This document shows positions 20,991 to 30,745 of a DNA stretch of 43,171 nt, in pieces. The notes below the pieces were generated by a model that did no database searches, was not told where the DNA came from, and saw nothing but the letters and a program-made list of their open reading frames with translations. Both the position numbers and the translations under genes were made by a program. Numbering within the stretch: position 1 is the stretch's first letter; each line of letters begins with the position of its first letter. The stretch comes from PVC group bacterium (lineage in GTDB: Bacteria; Auribacterota; Erginobacteria; Erginobacterales; Erginobacteraceae): positions 1 through 43,171 of the forward strand of contig JAZDIV010000023.1 in the NCBI GenBank assembly GCA_043804695.1, read 5' to 3'.

Positions 20991-22544
20991 TTATTTCAAA
21001 CCACCGCCGTAGGTACGGATCAGAGCGCGCTTGATCTCCCATAATTTCCCGGTGAGAGAAACGTGATAGACGTGGGGATTAACCAGGCGGGTCACTCCCG
21101 GATCAAGCGCTTCCAGGTCGGCGTCCCGGAGCCGCCGCATATCCTCGATCTCCGGCTGTTCATAAACGATCTTTCCGTCCTCCATCACCGTTATTTCCAG
21201 GGGTTCAATCTCCGATATTTCCTCCCCCTGCAGAGTCCGGTATTTAGTTTCATCGATGGGATGTCGCAGGACAAGCTCTTTCGCCGACCGGGGGTCCTCA
21301 TCCGCCAGGCTGAGCAGGTCGCCGACGGCCTTTCCCCGCCGGCCATACACCCGCCAGGACCGCTTCTCCCCCGGGTTGATGGTCTTCTCGGCATTTTCGG
21401 AAAGTTTGAAGGCCGGCTTCCATTCCCCTCCTTCCCTGACCGCGGTCAACTTATACACACCGTCCAGCGCGGCGCACCCCTCGGAGGTGATCAGCCTGGT
21501 CCCCACGCCGTACACCAGGCGTCCGACCAGGTGATCCGGGTCCACCCCGTACTGGAAGGCTTCCTTCCTGATCCGGGTGACAATCTGCCAGATGACCAGC
21601 TCGTCGAGCTGGTTGGAGAGAACGATGCCGGCATCCTCGAACCCCGCCTCGTTCAGCAACCGGGCGGCCCGGATGCTGAGATAAGCCAGATCGCCTGAAT
21701 CAAGCCGGATGCCGAGCGGGCGGTGACCCTTCCGGCGCAGCTCCTCGAAGACCGTGACGGCATGGGGAACACCGCTCCGCAGGGTGTCGATGGTGTCCAC
21801 CAGGAGCAGGCAGTCGTCAGGATAGAGATCGGCATACGCCCGAAAGGCGTCCAGCTCCGAGCCGCCGAGGGCCATGAAAGCCTGGACCATGCTGTGGGCG
21901 TGGGTGCCTTTGGGAGGGTAGCCGAGGGCACAGGAAATGCCGGTATTGGAGGTAAAGTCAGCCCCCCCGATCAATGCCGCCCGGGCACCGGCGTTGGCCC
22001 CGCTCCCCTGGGCGCGCCTCATTCCGAAATCGATTAATAGGTTGTCGCACCCGGCCTGCCGGAGGCGGGAGGCCTTGGTGGCAACCAGCGTCTGGTAGTT
22101 GAGGTGATTGAGAAGCGTCGATTCCAGGATCTGGGCCGGGACCAGCGGCCCCTGCGCGACAACCAGGGGGACATTAGGATGGACCACCCTCCCCTCCGGG
22201 ACGGCCCGCAGGGAAAGCCCCCTAAAATCTCCGTTGTCACGGAGCCATCCCAGAAAATCCTTCGCGAAAAGGGGCGCGCCGTCTCCTCTCTTCTGCTGCT
22301 CCAGGCAGGCTATTTCCTCCTCCCCGAACTTCGCCTCCCCCATCCAGTCCAGCAGCCAGGCCAGGCCGGCATTGATACAGTACCCGGCCTGGTGGGACCC
22401 GTAATCGGGGCAGCTCCGGAAAAAGTAATCGAACCGGGCTTCTTTTTCATAAAGTCCCGTCCGGAAGTAGAGCTGAGCCATGGTGAGTTGGTAGAAATCG
22501 GTAAAAAGGATATTCCCGGCCGGACCGGGATATTTTGCGTTCAT
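20991..22544 (-). CDS. pncB: Nicotinate phosphoribosyltransferase
   Basis: [48 protein letters not shown]. Start reassigned to ATG 22544. Confidence 0.95.
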   Translation of the reverse strand: MNAKYPGPAGNILFTDFYQLTMAQLYFRTGLYEKEARFDYFFRSCPDYGSHQAGYCINAGLAWLLDWMGEAKFGEEEIACLEQQKRGDGAPLFAKDFLGWLRDNGDFRGLSLRAVPEGRVVHPNVPLVVAQGPLVPAQILESTLLNHLNYQTLVATKASRLRQAGCDNLLIDFGMRRAQGSGANAGARAALIGGADFTSNTGISCALGYPPKGTHAHSMVQAFMALGGSELDAFRAYADLYPDDCLLLVDTIDTLRSGVPHAVTVFEELRRKGHRPLGIRLDSGDLAYLSIRAARLLNEAGFEDAGIVLSNQLDELVIWQIVTRIRKEAFQYGVDPDHLVGRLVYGVGTRLITSEGCAALDGVYKLTAVREGGEWKPAFKLSENAEKTINPGEKRSWRVYGRRGKAVGDLLSLADEDPRSAKELVLRHPIDETKYRTLQGEEISEIEPLEITVMEDGKIVYEQPEIEDMRRLRDADLEALDPGVTRLVNPHVYHVSLTGKLWEIKRALIRTYGGGLK

Positions 22545-22782
22545 ATTCAATTTTGTGTCTTGGTGGCTAGTAATTATCAAAATTCCAAAGCAGTAAATTA
22601 ACCTATAATAACACCGGTGACGGTTGTATAATTCTACCATTTAGCGTTCTGGTAGGCTATGATAATAAATGTAATCATTATTTTTCGTGTTGTTGTTCTG
22701 TTAATCTTTGTCGTTATTCAAAACTAACCCGATTTATTTCCGCCTGCTGGCAGGAGGAAATAACTCGAGTTAAGGAGAAGAC

Positions 22783-23331
22783 ATGAAAAGATATCTGCCG
22801 GCAGTGGTAACCTTCAGCCTGATCATCTTCCTGGGGGCAGCCCTCTCATGGGCAAACGGGGGAGAAAAAACCCTCCGCTGCTGGCGCTGCGGGAAGAGTT
22901 TCGCGGTTTCGGCATCACAGCAGGGGAGAGTGATCTGCCCTGACTGCGGCGCGCCCTGCCTGATCAAGAAGCCAACGCCCATCCCGACACCGAGCCCGGT
23001 CCCCTCCCCCACTCCGATTCCGGGCCAGGAGCCTGCCTCCATATCCTGGAAGGAGGGGGCGAAACACGTCGGCCAGACCAGATCGGTCAAGGGGATGATC
23101 GTGGGTACCCACCTTTCCTCCGGGAGCGGCAATCTCTACCTGAACTTCGATCCTGATTACACGACCTACATCTCGATCAAGATCCCCAAAGAGGCGCTGG
23201 GGAAGTTTCCCTCCGGGGCCGCGGGCCACTACCAGGGGAAGACCGTGGTCGCGACCGGGGAGATCGTCCGCGACAAGAAATACGTGCGCCTGATCGTCAC
23301 CGACCCGTCCAACCTCTTTGTCGTTGAATAA
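22783..23331 (+). CDS. Secreted protein: CxxC..CxxC zinc ribbon, Pro/Thr linker, OB-fold-like domain
   Basis: AGGAG RBS, signal peptide, CWRC/CPDC, PTPIPTPSPVPSPTP linker, then GNLYLNF...YQGKTVVATGEI. Confidence 0.8.
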   Translation: MKRYLPAVVTFSLIIFLGAALSWANGGEKTLRCWRCGKSFAVSASQQGRVICPDCGAPCLIKKPTPIPTPSPVPSPTPIPGQEPASISWKEGAKHVGQTRSVKGMIVGTHLSSGSGNLYLNFDPDYTTYISIKIPKEALGKFPSGAAGHYQGKTVVATGEIVRDKKYVRLIVTDPSNLFVVE

Positions 23332-23355
23332 TTCCGTAAATTCCGGGGACGATAC

Positions 23356-24831
23356 TCATTTTAAGTTCGGCAGCGACGGCTTCTTCTTGTGGTACTCCGT
23401 GCTCCGTTCGAACGCGTGAGCAATCCGGAGTATCTTTTCCTCGGCGAAGGGGGGGGCGATGATCTGTAATCCGACGGGCAGATTCCGCTCATCGAAACCG
23501 CAGTTGATGGACAGCGCGGGAAGCCCGGCCAGGTTGACCGCGATCGTGAATATGTCGGAGAGGTACATCTGCAGGGGGTCCTCCGACCGGGCGCCGAGCT
23601 CGAAGGCGGTCCCGGGAGAGGTGGGCATGACCACACAGTCGCATTGAGAAAATGCCCGATCGAAGTCATTCTTGATCAGCCGCCTCACTTTCAAGGCCTT
23701 CGCGTAATAGGCGTCGTAATACCCCGCGCTGAGCACATAGGTGCCGAGGATGATCCTCCGCTTGACCTCGTCGCCGAAACCCTCTTTTCGGGTCGCCTCA
23801 TACATCTCGAGCAGTCCCTTCCCGGTTCGGCTCCGGAAGCCGTACTGGACGCCGTCGAAACGGGCCAGGTTGGAACTGGCCTCGGCGGTTGATAAAATAT
23901 AGTAGCAGGCGACGGAATACGGGATCCGGGGGAGCTCGATCTCCACGACCTCGGCGCCGAGTTCCCGATACGTCTCCAGGCCGGCCGCAAACGCCCGCTC
24001 CACCCCCGGCTCCATCCCCTCGGCCAGGTACTCCCGGGGGAACCCCAGCCTCATCCCGCCGGCATCTTTCCCCAGGACGGTCCGGAACCGGGGGACCTCG
24101 ACCGGGGCGGAGGTGGAGTCGAGCGGATCGCACCCCGAGATCGCCTCCATCAAGAGGGCGATGTCCTCCACGTCCTTGCCGAAGGGGCCGATCTGGTCGA
24201 GGGACGACGCGTACGCGATCAGCCCGTACCGGGAAACCCGGCCGTAGGTCGGCTTCATCCCGGCAACCCCGCAGAGGGCCGCGGGCTGACGGATGGAGCC
24301 GCCGGTGTCCGACCCCAGGGAAGAGACCGCTTCATCGGCCGCCAGGGCGGCCGCCGAGCCGCCGCTCGATCCTCCGGGGACACGGCCCGGATCCCAGGGG
24401 TTGCGGGTCGGGGCGTAGCCCGAGTTCTCGGTCGACGACCCCATCGCGAACTCGTCCATGTTGGTCTGCCCGAGAAAGACCGCGCCCGCCTCTTTTAACT
24501 TTCTGACGACGGTGGCGTCATAGGGGGAGATGAAACCCTGCAAAATCCGGGAGCCGCAGGTTATCTCCTTCCCCTGAACGCAGAAGATGTCCTTCAGGGC
24601 GACGGGGACCCCCGACAGCAGGCCGGCCGCCTCGCCCGAACCGAGCCGCCGATCGACATCGGCGGCCATCGCCAGCGCCCCGTCCCGGTCCACCCGGATA
24701 AAGCTCCCGATCAGCGGCTCGACTTCATCGATCCGCCGGAGACAGGCCTCGGCCGCCTCGACAGCCGTTATTTTCCCCCCGGCGACCAGATCGGCCGTCT
24801 GATGGGCGGTCAATTGGTTAATCTCGGTCAT
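23356..24831 (-). CDS. gatA: Asp/Glu-tRNA amidotransferase subunit A
   Basis: NMDEFAMGSSTE, PGGSSGGS, GSDTGGSIRQPA, SNLARFDG, EVKRRIILG, DPLQMYLSD. Confidence 0.98.
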   Translation of the reverse strand: MTEINQLTAHQTADLVAGGKITAVEAAEACLRRIDEVEPLIGSFIRVDRDGALAMAADVDRRLGSGEAAGLLSGVPVALKDIFCVQGKEITCGSRILQGFISPYDATVVRKLKEAGAVFLGQTNMDEFAMGSSTENSGYAPTRNPWDPGRVPGGSSGGSAAALAADEAVSSLGSDTGGSIRQPAALCGVAGMKPTYGRVSRYGLIAYASSLDQIGPFGKDVEDIALLMEAISGCDPLDSTSAPVEVPRFRTVLGKDAGGMRLGFPREYLAEGMEPGVERAFAAGLETYRELGAEVVEIELPRIPYSVACYYILSTAEASSNLARFDGVQYGFRSRTGKGLLEMYEATRKEGFGDEVKRRIILGTYVLSAGYYDAYYAKALKVRRLIKNDFDRAFSQCDCVVMPTSPGTAFELGARSEDPLQMYLSDIFTIAVNLAGLPALSINCGFDERNLPVGLQIIAPPFAEEKILRIAHAFERSTEYHKKKPSLPNLK

Positions 24832-25068
24832 TATAAATTAGCTCGCTGCGCTCGCAAATTTATAAAAATCACATCTCGCTGAAATAAAAGTATAGTGAGA
24901 ACGATTTGAGAATCAGTTTAAGTCCAACAGTTCACGCCAGAAGGTTAATTTTAATGCATTATTGTCCCGATTGATTTATTCAAAAGCATTGTTATCCCGA
25001 CGGCTGTCGGGACGGATGTCGGGAAAATTCCGAAGCAGGGACTAATATTTATGAAACCGACCCAATCC

Positions 25069-25365
25069 CTATTCAATCACTGGCGGGACTATAAAAAATC
25101 CATCCTTCTTCTCCGGGGCACAGCGGAGGGCATCAGCCTGATCTATCCCTTCCCTGACGGCGTCCTCGCGCAGGACATTCACCAGCGGAAGGACATGGGA
25201 CAGGGGCTCCACTCCCCCGGTGTCAAGCTCGTTCAGCTTTTCCATGTAGAGAAGGACATCGTTAAGCTGGCGGACGAATTTTTCTTTGTCTTCAGGGGAG
25301 AGGCCGAGGCGAGCCAGCGCCGCGACCTTTTCCACGTCAGTGATGGTGATCTTCCTGTCAGTCAT
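25069..25365 (-). CDS. gatC: Asp/Glu-tRNA amidotransferase subunit C
   Basis: VAALARL, LNELDTGGVEP, NVLRED, FIVPPVIE. Upstream of gatA. Confidence 0.95.
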   Translation of the reverse strand: MTDRKITITDVEKVAALARLGLSPEDKEKFVRQLNDVLLYMEKLNELDTGGVEPLSHVLPLVNVLREDAVREGIDQADALRCAPEKKDGFFIVPPVIE

Positions 25366-25407
25366 GACTGAATTAGTCCTGTTGTTCCCCCCCTCAAGCC
25401 GGCATAA

Positions 25408-26301
25408 CTAACGATCCATTTTGATTTCTCCTAGGGCACTGGCGAGACGGTAGAAATCGTCCGCCGAAAGGTTTTCCGCCCGGTCTTTCGGATCGATCCC
25501 GGCCCGGGAGCAGGCCGTGACGATCTGTTCTTCAGTATAATCCAGACCGCGGCCGGCGGCCAGCGCATTTTTGAGCATCTTCCTTCTCTGGGCGAAGGCC
25601 GCCGCCGCCACCGGACGCCAGAGCGCGAGGTCCCGGACCGGCCGCTCGTCCGGCGGAATGATGTCGAAGCGCACGATGACCGAATCAACCCGGGGACGGG
25701 GGAAAAACGAATTCCGGCAGACGGCGGCGACGATCCGCGGCCGGCTGTACATCCGGGCCAGCACGCTCAGCCTCCCGTAGCGCTTCCTTCCCGGGGGACT
25801 GACAATCCGTTCTCCCATTTCTTTCTGCACCATCAAAACCAGCAGGCTGAACCCGGCATCGGACTCGATCAGCTTAGCCACCAGGGGACCGGAGATGGAA
25901 TAGGGCAGGTTGGCGACGACCTTGAGAACGGAGCCGGGCCGCCGGCCGGCCCCCAGCCGGGCGGCAAGCGCGGCCAGATCCGTTTTCAGGAAATCCTCCT
26001 CCAGGACTTCCAGATTGGAGCAGTCCCGGGTCTGTTCCCGGAGGACCCGGACCAGCCCCCGGTCCCACTCCACGGCGATCACCCGGGCCGCCCGGCGGCA
26101 GAGTTCCCGCGTCAGCGTTCCCGGGCCGGGGCCGATCTCCAGCACCGCGTCATCCCTGCCGAGGCCGGCGGACCGGATGATCTTCTCCGCTATATTGCGG
26201 TCGATGAGAAAAGTCTGGCCGCGGCTCTTGCGGGCGGAGAGGCCGGCCGCCTTCAAAAGCCCCCGTAGATATGCGGGACTGAAGAGAGAATTGTCGTTCA
26301 T
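25408..26301 (-). CDS. rsmA: 16S rRNA m6,2A dimethyltransferase (KsgA)
   Basis: GQTFLID, LEIGPGPG, VANLPYSIS, MVQKE, YGRLSV, FFPRPRVDS, AFAQRRK, RAENL. Confidence 0.96.
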   Translation of the reverse strand: MNDNSLFSPAYLRGLLKAAGLSARKSRGQTFLIDRNIAEKIIRSAGLGRDDAVLEIGPGPGTLTRELCRRAARVIAVEWDRGLVRVLREQTRDCSNLEVLEEDFLKTDLAALAARLGAGRRPGSVLKVVANLPYSISGPLVAKLIESDAGFSLLVLMVQKEMGERIVSPPGRKRYGRLSVLARMYSRPRIVAAVCRNSFFPRPRVDSVIVRFDIIPPDERPVRDLALWRPVAAAAFAQRRKMLKNALAAGRGLDYTEEQIVTACSRAGIDPKDRAENLSADDFYRLASALGEIKMDR

Positions 26302-26424
26302 CAGGAAACACACATTAAGAATTTTCAACCACGGAGAACACAGATGGCACGGAGAGGTACTACTTATTAACTCCTACCGTATATTCATTTTTTCTCCGTG
26401 GACTTCGTGCTCTCTGTGGTGAAG

Positions 26425-27429
26425 TCAGGTTTTTTTGTAAGATGCTAGCCGGCAGGCGGTCTTGAGGGCCTCGATCATGGAGGAGGGGTCCGCGACGCCG
26501 CGGCCGGCAATATCATAGGCCGTCCCGTGATCGGGGGAGGTCCGGACAAACGGCAGACCCAGGGTGATGTTCACCCCCCGGTCGAAGGCCGCCATCTTGA
26601 GGGGTATCAGCCCCTGGTCGTGGTACATCACGACGGCGACGTCATACCGTCCCCGGGCCATCTGGTAAAAAAGGGTGTCCGGCGGAAGCGGGCCGTCCAC
26701 CCGCAGGCCGGCGGCCCGGCACTCATCGACCGCCGGGGCGATCACCGCCGCCTCCTCGTCGCCGAAGGCGCCCCCCTCTCCTGCGTGCGGATTGAGACCG
26801 GCGACCGCGATTTTCGGCTCCGTGATGCGGAAACGAATCATGGCTTCCCGGGCCAGGAAAATCTTCCGGACGATCCCCTCTTTCTTCAGAGAGCGGCTCA
26901 CCTCGCGCAGGGGGATATGGACGGTGGCCAGAACCACCCGGATATCGCCCCCGACTAACATCATCGCGTAATCAAGGGTTCCGGTCAGGGAAGCGAGATA
27001 ATCGGTATGCCCCTGAAAGTCATACCCGGCCCGGTGTATCCCCTCTTTATTGATGGGAGCGGTCACCAGCGCCGCCGCCTGGCCCTTCCGGACCATCGCT
27101 GCCCCCGCGGCCACGGCATCCATCGCCGCCCGGGCCCAGCCGGCGTCGATCCGGCCCGGTTCGGGGAGCGTTTCCGGGGCGTCCGCGATCTGTAAAATAT
27201 GCAGCCCTTCCCTTTCCCATTGCACCCGGTCCGGAGCACCGTACACATGTACGGGAAGGTCAAAACCCAGGGCGGGTAGCAGCACATCGAAAACCCGGTG
27301 ATCGCCGATAATCAGCGGGCAGCACCAATCCCGGATCCCGGGTGAGGCAACCGCCTTCAGGACCACTTCCGGGCCTATCCCGGCGGCGTCACCCATGCTG
27401 ATAGCTAATTTAATACGGGGTAATTTCAA
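26425..27429 (-). CDS. pdxA: 4-hydroxythreonine-4-phosphate dehydrogenase
   Basis: MGDAAGIGPE, TAPINKE, GHTDY, GLNPHAGE, MYHDQG, RTSPDHGTA. surA-pdxA-rsmA synteny. Confidence 0.96.
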   Translation of the reverse strand: MKLPRIKLAISMGDAAGIGPEVVLKAVASPGIRDWCCPLIIGDHRVFDVLLPALGFDLPVHVYGAPDRVQWEREGLHILQIADAPETLPEPGRIDAGWARAAMDAVAAGAAMVRKGQAAALVTAPINKEGIHRAGYDFQGHTDYLASLTGTLDYAMMLVGGDIRVVLATVHIPLREVSRSLKKEGIVRKIFLAREAMIRFRITEPKIAVAGLNPHAGEGGAFGDEEAAVIAPAVDECRAAGLRVDGPLPPDTLFYQMARGRYDVAVVMYHDQGLIPLKMAAFDRGVNITLGLPFVRTSPDHGTAYDIAGRGVADPSSMIEALKTACRLASYKKT

Positions 27430-27633
27430 TATATTATTTTTTCTCCGAAAAAATAATAGATGGTTCGATTTAGGCTAACTATACCGTATGCCTATGGTGA
27501 TAGATGTCGGCTGGGGTGAGGAATACCTTTTGCGACGGTGCCTTCAGAAAATATTTTTTGTTTAAGCAACAGCCCCCCCGATTGATTCAATCAGGGGGGC
27601 TCATATAAATTAGCGAGCGCAGCAAGCTAATTT
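27429..27633. repeat. ~200-bp structured intergenic element, copy 2 (inverted)
   Basis: Reverse complement has the AAATTAGC hairpin, a CCCCCC(T)GATTGAATCAATCGGGGGG hairpin, CTGTTG, CAGCCGACAT and the terminal TATTATTTTTTC-GAAAAAATAATA hairpin. Confidence 0.75.
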
Positions 27634-28579
27634 ATTTTTCAATAATGACATGCGCCCGGGATTTTAACGCCTTAATCCATTCATCGTACCGTTTCTGGAA
27701 TTCGGCCTGGTACAGTTTATCTTCAATCTCTTCCCAGAGTTCTTCCATCGGCTTTTGAAAGGCGTCTTTCTTCCCCGTGCATTTAATCACGTGGTAGCCA
27801 AGCTCGGTCTCGATGATCCCGCTGTTTTCTCCCACCCCCAGGGAGAAGGCCGCCTCATCGAGCTGGGGACGCAGATGGCCCCTTTTAAAATACCCGAGAT
27901 CGCCGCCCTGGTCCGCCCGCGGGCCCCCGGAATGCTTCCGGGCCAGCTCGGCAAAATCAGCCCCCGATTTCAGCTCCTCCAGGATAGACTCAGCCAGTTC
28001 GCGGGCCGCCTCGTTTTTCCCGGAATCTTCACCGGTCGGGATCAGGATGTGGCTGACCCTGGCCATCTCGTCCTCCCGGTATTCGTCTTCGTGCTCACGG
28101 TGATATCCGATTATTTCCCGGGGAGAGATGGCGATCACCGCGGTGACTTTCTGGTATGTCAGGGCCCTGACCTTGAACTGGTCTTCGAGGTTCTTTTTGT
28201 ACATCTCCTCGTCCAGGCCCTCCAGGCTCAGGGCGCGATCGAATTCTTCCCGGGTGGTGAACTGCGCTTTCGATTCCTCGAAGCGCTTGTCGATCTCCAT
28301 CTGATCGACCTGGAACCCTTCTATGCCCTGCGCCTCCTGGAGGATCAGCTGGTGTTCGATCCAGTTGTTGATGGCGCCCTCCCGGGTTTTGGCCATGCGA
28401 TAGGAAAGCTCCTGCCCCCGGCTGGCCAGTTCATGCTGGCGGAAGAGCGGCGCCAGGATCCGGTTCAGTTCGGCCGTGGTCAGAATGCTGTCGTTGACCC
28501 GGGCCTCTATCTTTTCCCGGCCGGGGGCGGCCAGGAGGAGAAGAAACGCGCAGCCGATTGTCAAACCCTGGATGATCAT
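27632..28579 (-). CDS. SurA-like parvulin peptidyl-prolyl isomerase
   Basis: Signal peptide, ARVNDSILT, SHILI, GADFAELARKHS, GGDLGYF, ETELGYHVI. Upstream of pdxA. Confidence 0.9.
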   Translation of the reverse strand: MIIQGLTIGCAFLLLLAAPGREKIEARVNDSILTTAELNRILAPLFRQHELASRGQELSYRMAKTREGAINNWIEHQLILQEAQGIEGFQVDQMEIDKRFEESKAQFTTREEFDRALSLEGLDEEMYKKNLEDQFKVRALTYQKVTAVIAISPREIIGYHREHEDEYREDEMARVSHILIPTGEDSGKNEAARELAESILEELKSGADFAELARKHSGGPRADQGGDLGYFKRGHLRPQLDEAAFSLGVGENSGIIETELGYHVIKCTGKKDAFQKPMEELWEEIEDKLYQAEFQKRYDEWIKALKSRAHVIIEK

Positions 28580-28582
28580 GAT

Positions 28583-28808
28583 AAATTAGCGCCTTCGGCG
28601 CTACTTTATATTGGCCCCCCCGACTGATTCAGTCGGGGGGGCTGTTGGTTAACAAAAATATTTTCACCGGGGCAATACTATAAAAAAGCCTTATAACCTC
28701 AGCCAACATTTGCCCTAAAGAAGATAATTTATGTATCGGCTTCAGATATACCATTCTTATTTTTTCGCCCCGCCCCGAAGCATTAATCGGGGCAGAAAAA
28801 ATAAGATT
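28583..28808. repeat. ~200-bp structured intergenic element, copy 3
   Basis: Aligns to 11485-11680. The second hairpin shows compensatory changes (GATTGATTCAATC vs GACTGATTCAGTC). Confidence 0.8.
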
Positions 28809-28912
28809 CGGAAGCAGCACGTTGGCTCACTTTGTTCACAACCGGTTACGGTTATGGTATAACCCTGACCGTTACCATTTTATACTCAAGGGTCGCTGAC
28901 GCCCGCCAGCGC

Positions 28913-29821
28913 CTATCTCGCCTCCTGGAGCGCTTTTCTCTGCTCGGCCCGGAGGTGGTCGATCAGGTCCGTGTTCATCCAGATGACGGATTCGGAGGCC
29001 AGGCGGGACTTGACCGTGTCGAATCTTCCCTTTCTTTGGGCGGCCAGCAGGATCGCGACAACCTCATCCTGGCTTTCTTCCAGTGTCTTCTCCCGGGGGG
29101 GCTTGCGGTCAGTAACGGCGACCAGGTGGCAGCCGTAATCGGTCCGGAGCGGTTCACTGACTTCGCCGATCTCGAGTTTCCCGGCCGCCTCCTTGAACTC
29201 CGGCGATATCTGGCCCGGCCGGTAATAGCCCAGATCCCCCCCCCGGGCGGCGCTGCTTCCTTCGGACACTTCCCGGGCAACGTCCGCGAAATCAGCTCCG
29301 GTATCAAGCCGTTTTTTGATTTCCAGGCAGCGCGCGAGGGCTTCTTCTTCAGTCTCGCCTTCGCCGGCCTTGACGAGGATATGGCTGAACCGCGTCAACT
29401 CCGGCACCGTGAAGGCGGCCTTATTGTTCGCCCAGTACTCTTCTATCTCGTTCTGGCCGGGACGGTCCACCGTCAGTACTTCCTGGTTGAGCAAGGTTTC
29501 CACCATCAGCTGTTCGCGATATTTCTCCACTTCTCCCCGGAATTTCTCGTCCTGATCGAGCTTCCGCCGACGGGCTTCGATCAAGAACAGCTTTTCCGCG
29601 ATCATGTCATTAATAAATTGATCGACGGGTTCCTGCGGTTCGCCCGGCGGAGGGGGAGGCTGCCGCAGCCACTCTTTCTTGAATTCATCCAGAGTGATCA
29701 CGGAGTCGTCCACCTTGACCAAAATGTTCTCCGGGCTTTTCTCCCCGCAGGCGAAGAGAATGATCCCCAGTGCGGCAACAGCAAAAAAGGCCGCCATGCT
29801 CCCGATTGACTTCTTCTTCAT
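28913..29821 (-). CDS. Parvulin (PpiC/PrsA-like) PPIase, lipoprotein
   Basis: Lipobox LFAC, SHILV, GADFADVAREVS, GGDLGY, VSEPLRTDYGCHL. Start reassigned to ATG 29821. Confidence 0.9.
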   Translation of the reverse strand: MKKKSIGSMAAFFAVAALGIILFACGEKSPENILVKVDDSVITLDEFKKEWLRQPPPPPGEPQEPVDQFINDMIAEKLFLIEARRRKLDQDEKFRGEVEKYREQLMVETLLNQEVLTVDRPGQNEIEEYWANNKAAFTVPELTRFSHILVKAGEGETEEEALARCLEIKKRLDTGADFADVAREVSEGSSAARGGDLGYYRPGQISPEFKEAAGKLEIGEVSEPLRTDYGCHLVAVTDRKPPREKTLEESQDEVVAILLAAQRKGRFDTVKSRLASESVIWMNTDLIDHLRAEQRKALQEAR

Positions 29822-30007
29822 CTTTGTTCTCCTTCCCAAGGTCTTTTCATTGCCGTTCCTTTCCGGATACGGCTTCCCATTATATAACAACCCCTCCGAT
29901 TCATTTCAATATTTTTCGCTGACCTTTTTTCATCCCTTGACAAAAACCCGGTAGTTCATAGATTATAAACTTGAAATAAAATTTTCGCCGAAGGCGACAA
30001 TTTTAAA

Positions 30008-30091
30008 GCCGAAGTGGTGGAACTGGCAGACACGCATGGTTCAGGGCCATGTGAGGGCAACCTCTTGGGGGTTCGAATCCCCCCTTCGGCA
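30008..30091 (+). tRNA. tRNA-Leu(CAG)
   Basis: Acceptor GCCGAAG/CTTCGGC+A. Anticodon stem CATGG/CCATG with loop TTCAGGG. Long variable arm and GTTCGAATC T-loop. CCA not encoded. Confidence 0.96.
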
Positions 30092-30104
30092 ATAACCCGA
30101 TTAT

Positions 30105-30261
30105 TTATTTCATCCGGGAGAGGCGGGCGAAGGCCCGCCTCTTTTCATAATAATCCACGCGGCTCTTGTTGAGCAGCTCTTCCAGGATGGAGATTGATTG
30201 GTCATAATTCTCCCGGTCGACCGGATAGGGATGGTCATCTTTCCCCCCGTGGGCGAAGCTG
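30105..30261 (-). pseudogene. 3'-terminal fragment of a DUF763-family gene
   Basis: SFAHGGKDDHPYPVDRENYDQSISILEELLNKSRVDYYEKRRAFARLSRMK*. About 88% identical (manual count) to 40741-40893. Confidence 0.85.
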
Positions 30262-30405
30262 GACGCCAGTGGGGTCCAGAAGGCCACCGCGTTGGAGTTG
30301 GACGAGACCAAGGGATTCACCGAGCTGGTCGAAATGCTCAAGGCGGCGGCCCTGGCCCCGCCGGCCCAAAAATCCTTTTCCAAGCGCATCCTGGCCCGAG
30401 GCTGA
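30262..30405 (+). pseudogene. Possible C-terminal fragment of an ankyrin-repeat gene
   Basis: DASGVQKATALELDETKGFTELVEMLKAAA resembles a terminal ankyrin repeat (TAL..A...G..E.V..L). No start. Confidence 0.4.
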
Positions 30406-30605
30406 ATCTCGGTCGTCTCCGGCCGGGATAGAAATCCAAGCAATAGAAAGTTGAGAATCGACTTTATCCATGCCGCTCCGGGAGCGGCGATGACCGGTTT
30501 TAACTACTACGTGGGTCTCTACATCAATTACCTGATCGACAACGTCGGCACTCCGCCTACCCCGCCCTTCATGTCGCCCAGTTAAAAGCTGAAGGCCGGA
30601 AGATA

Positions 30606-30643
30606 AAAACCCCCGGACCACAACAATGTGATCCGGGGGTTTT
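30606..30643. terminator. Bidirectional intrinsic terminator-like hairpin
   Basis: AAAACCCCCGGA...TCCGGGGGTTTT. Confidence 0.6.
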
Positions 30644-30745
30644 CACTTTTTCGGGGGGACCCTCTCCGCTTCCACTCCGCTACAATCTCTAACTGCTATT
30701 TCAACCGCTTGAGGCCGAGGATGCGGCGGTTTGACCTGATCCAAG

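Noticed and set aside
30008..30091. tRNA-Sec or suppressor tRNA (TCA in the anticodon loop)
   Set aside because: The 7-nt loop TTCAGGG places CAG at the anticodon, and the acceptor stem is a normal 7 bp.
30105..30621. ORFs 30105-30443 and 30235-30621 as real genes
   Set aside because: They are chimeric read-throughs across unrelated fragments (DUF763 end, ankyrin-like end, another gene's 3' end).
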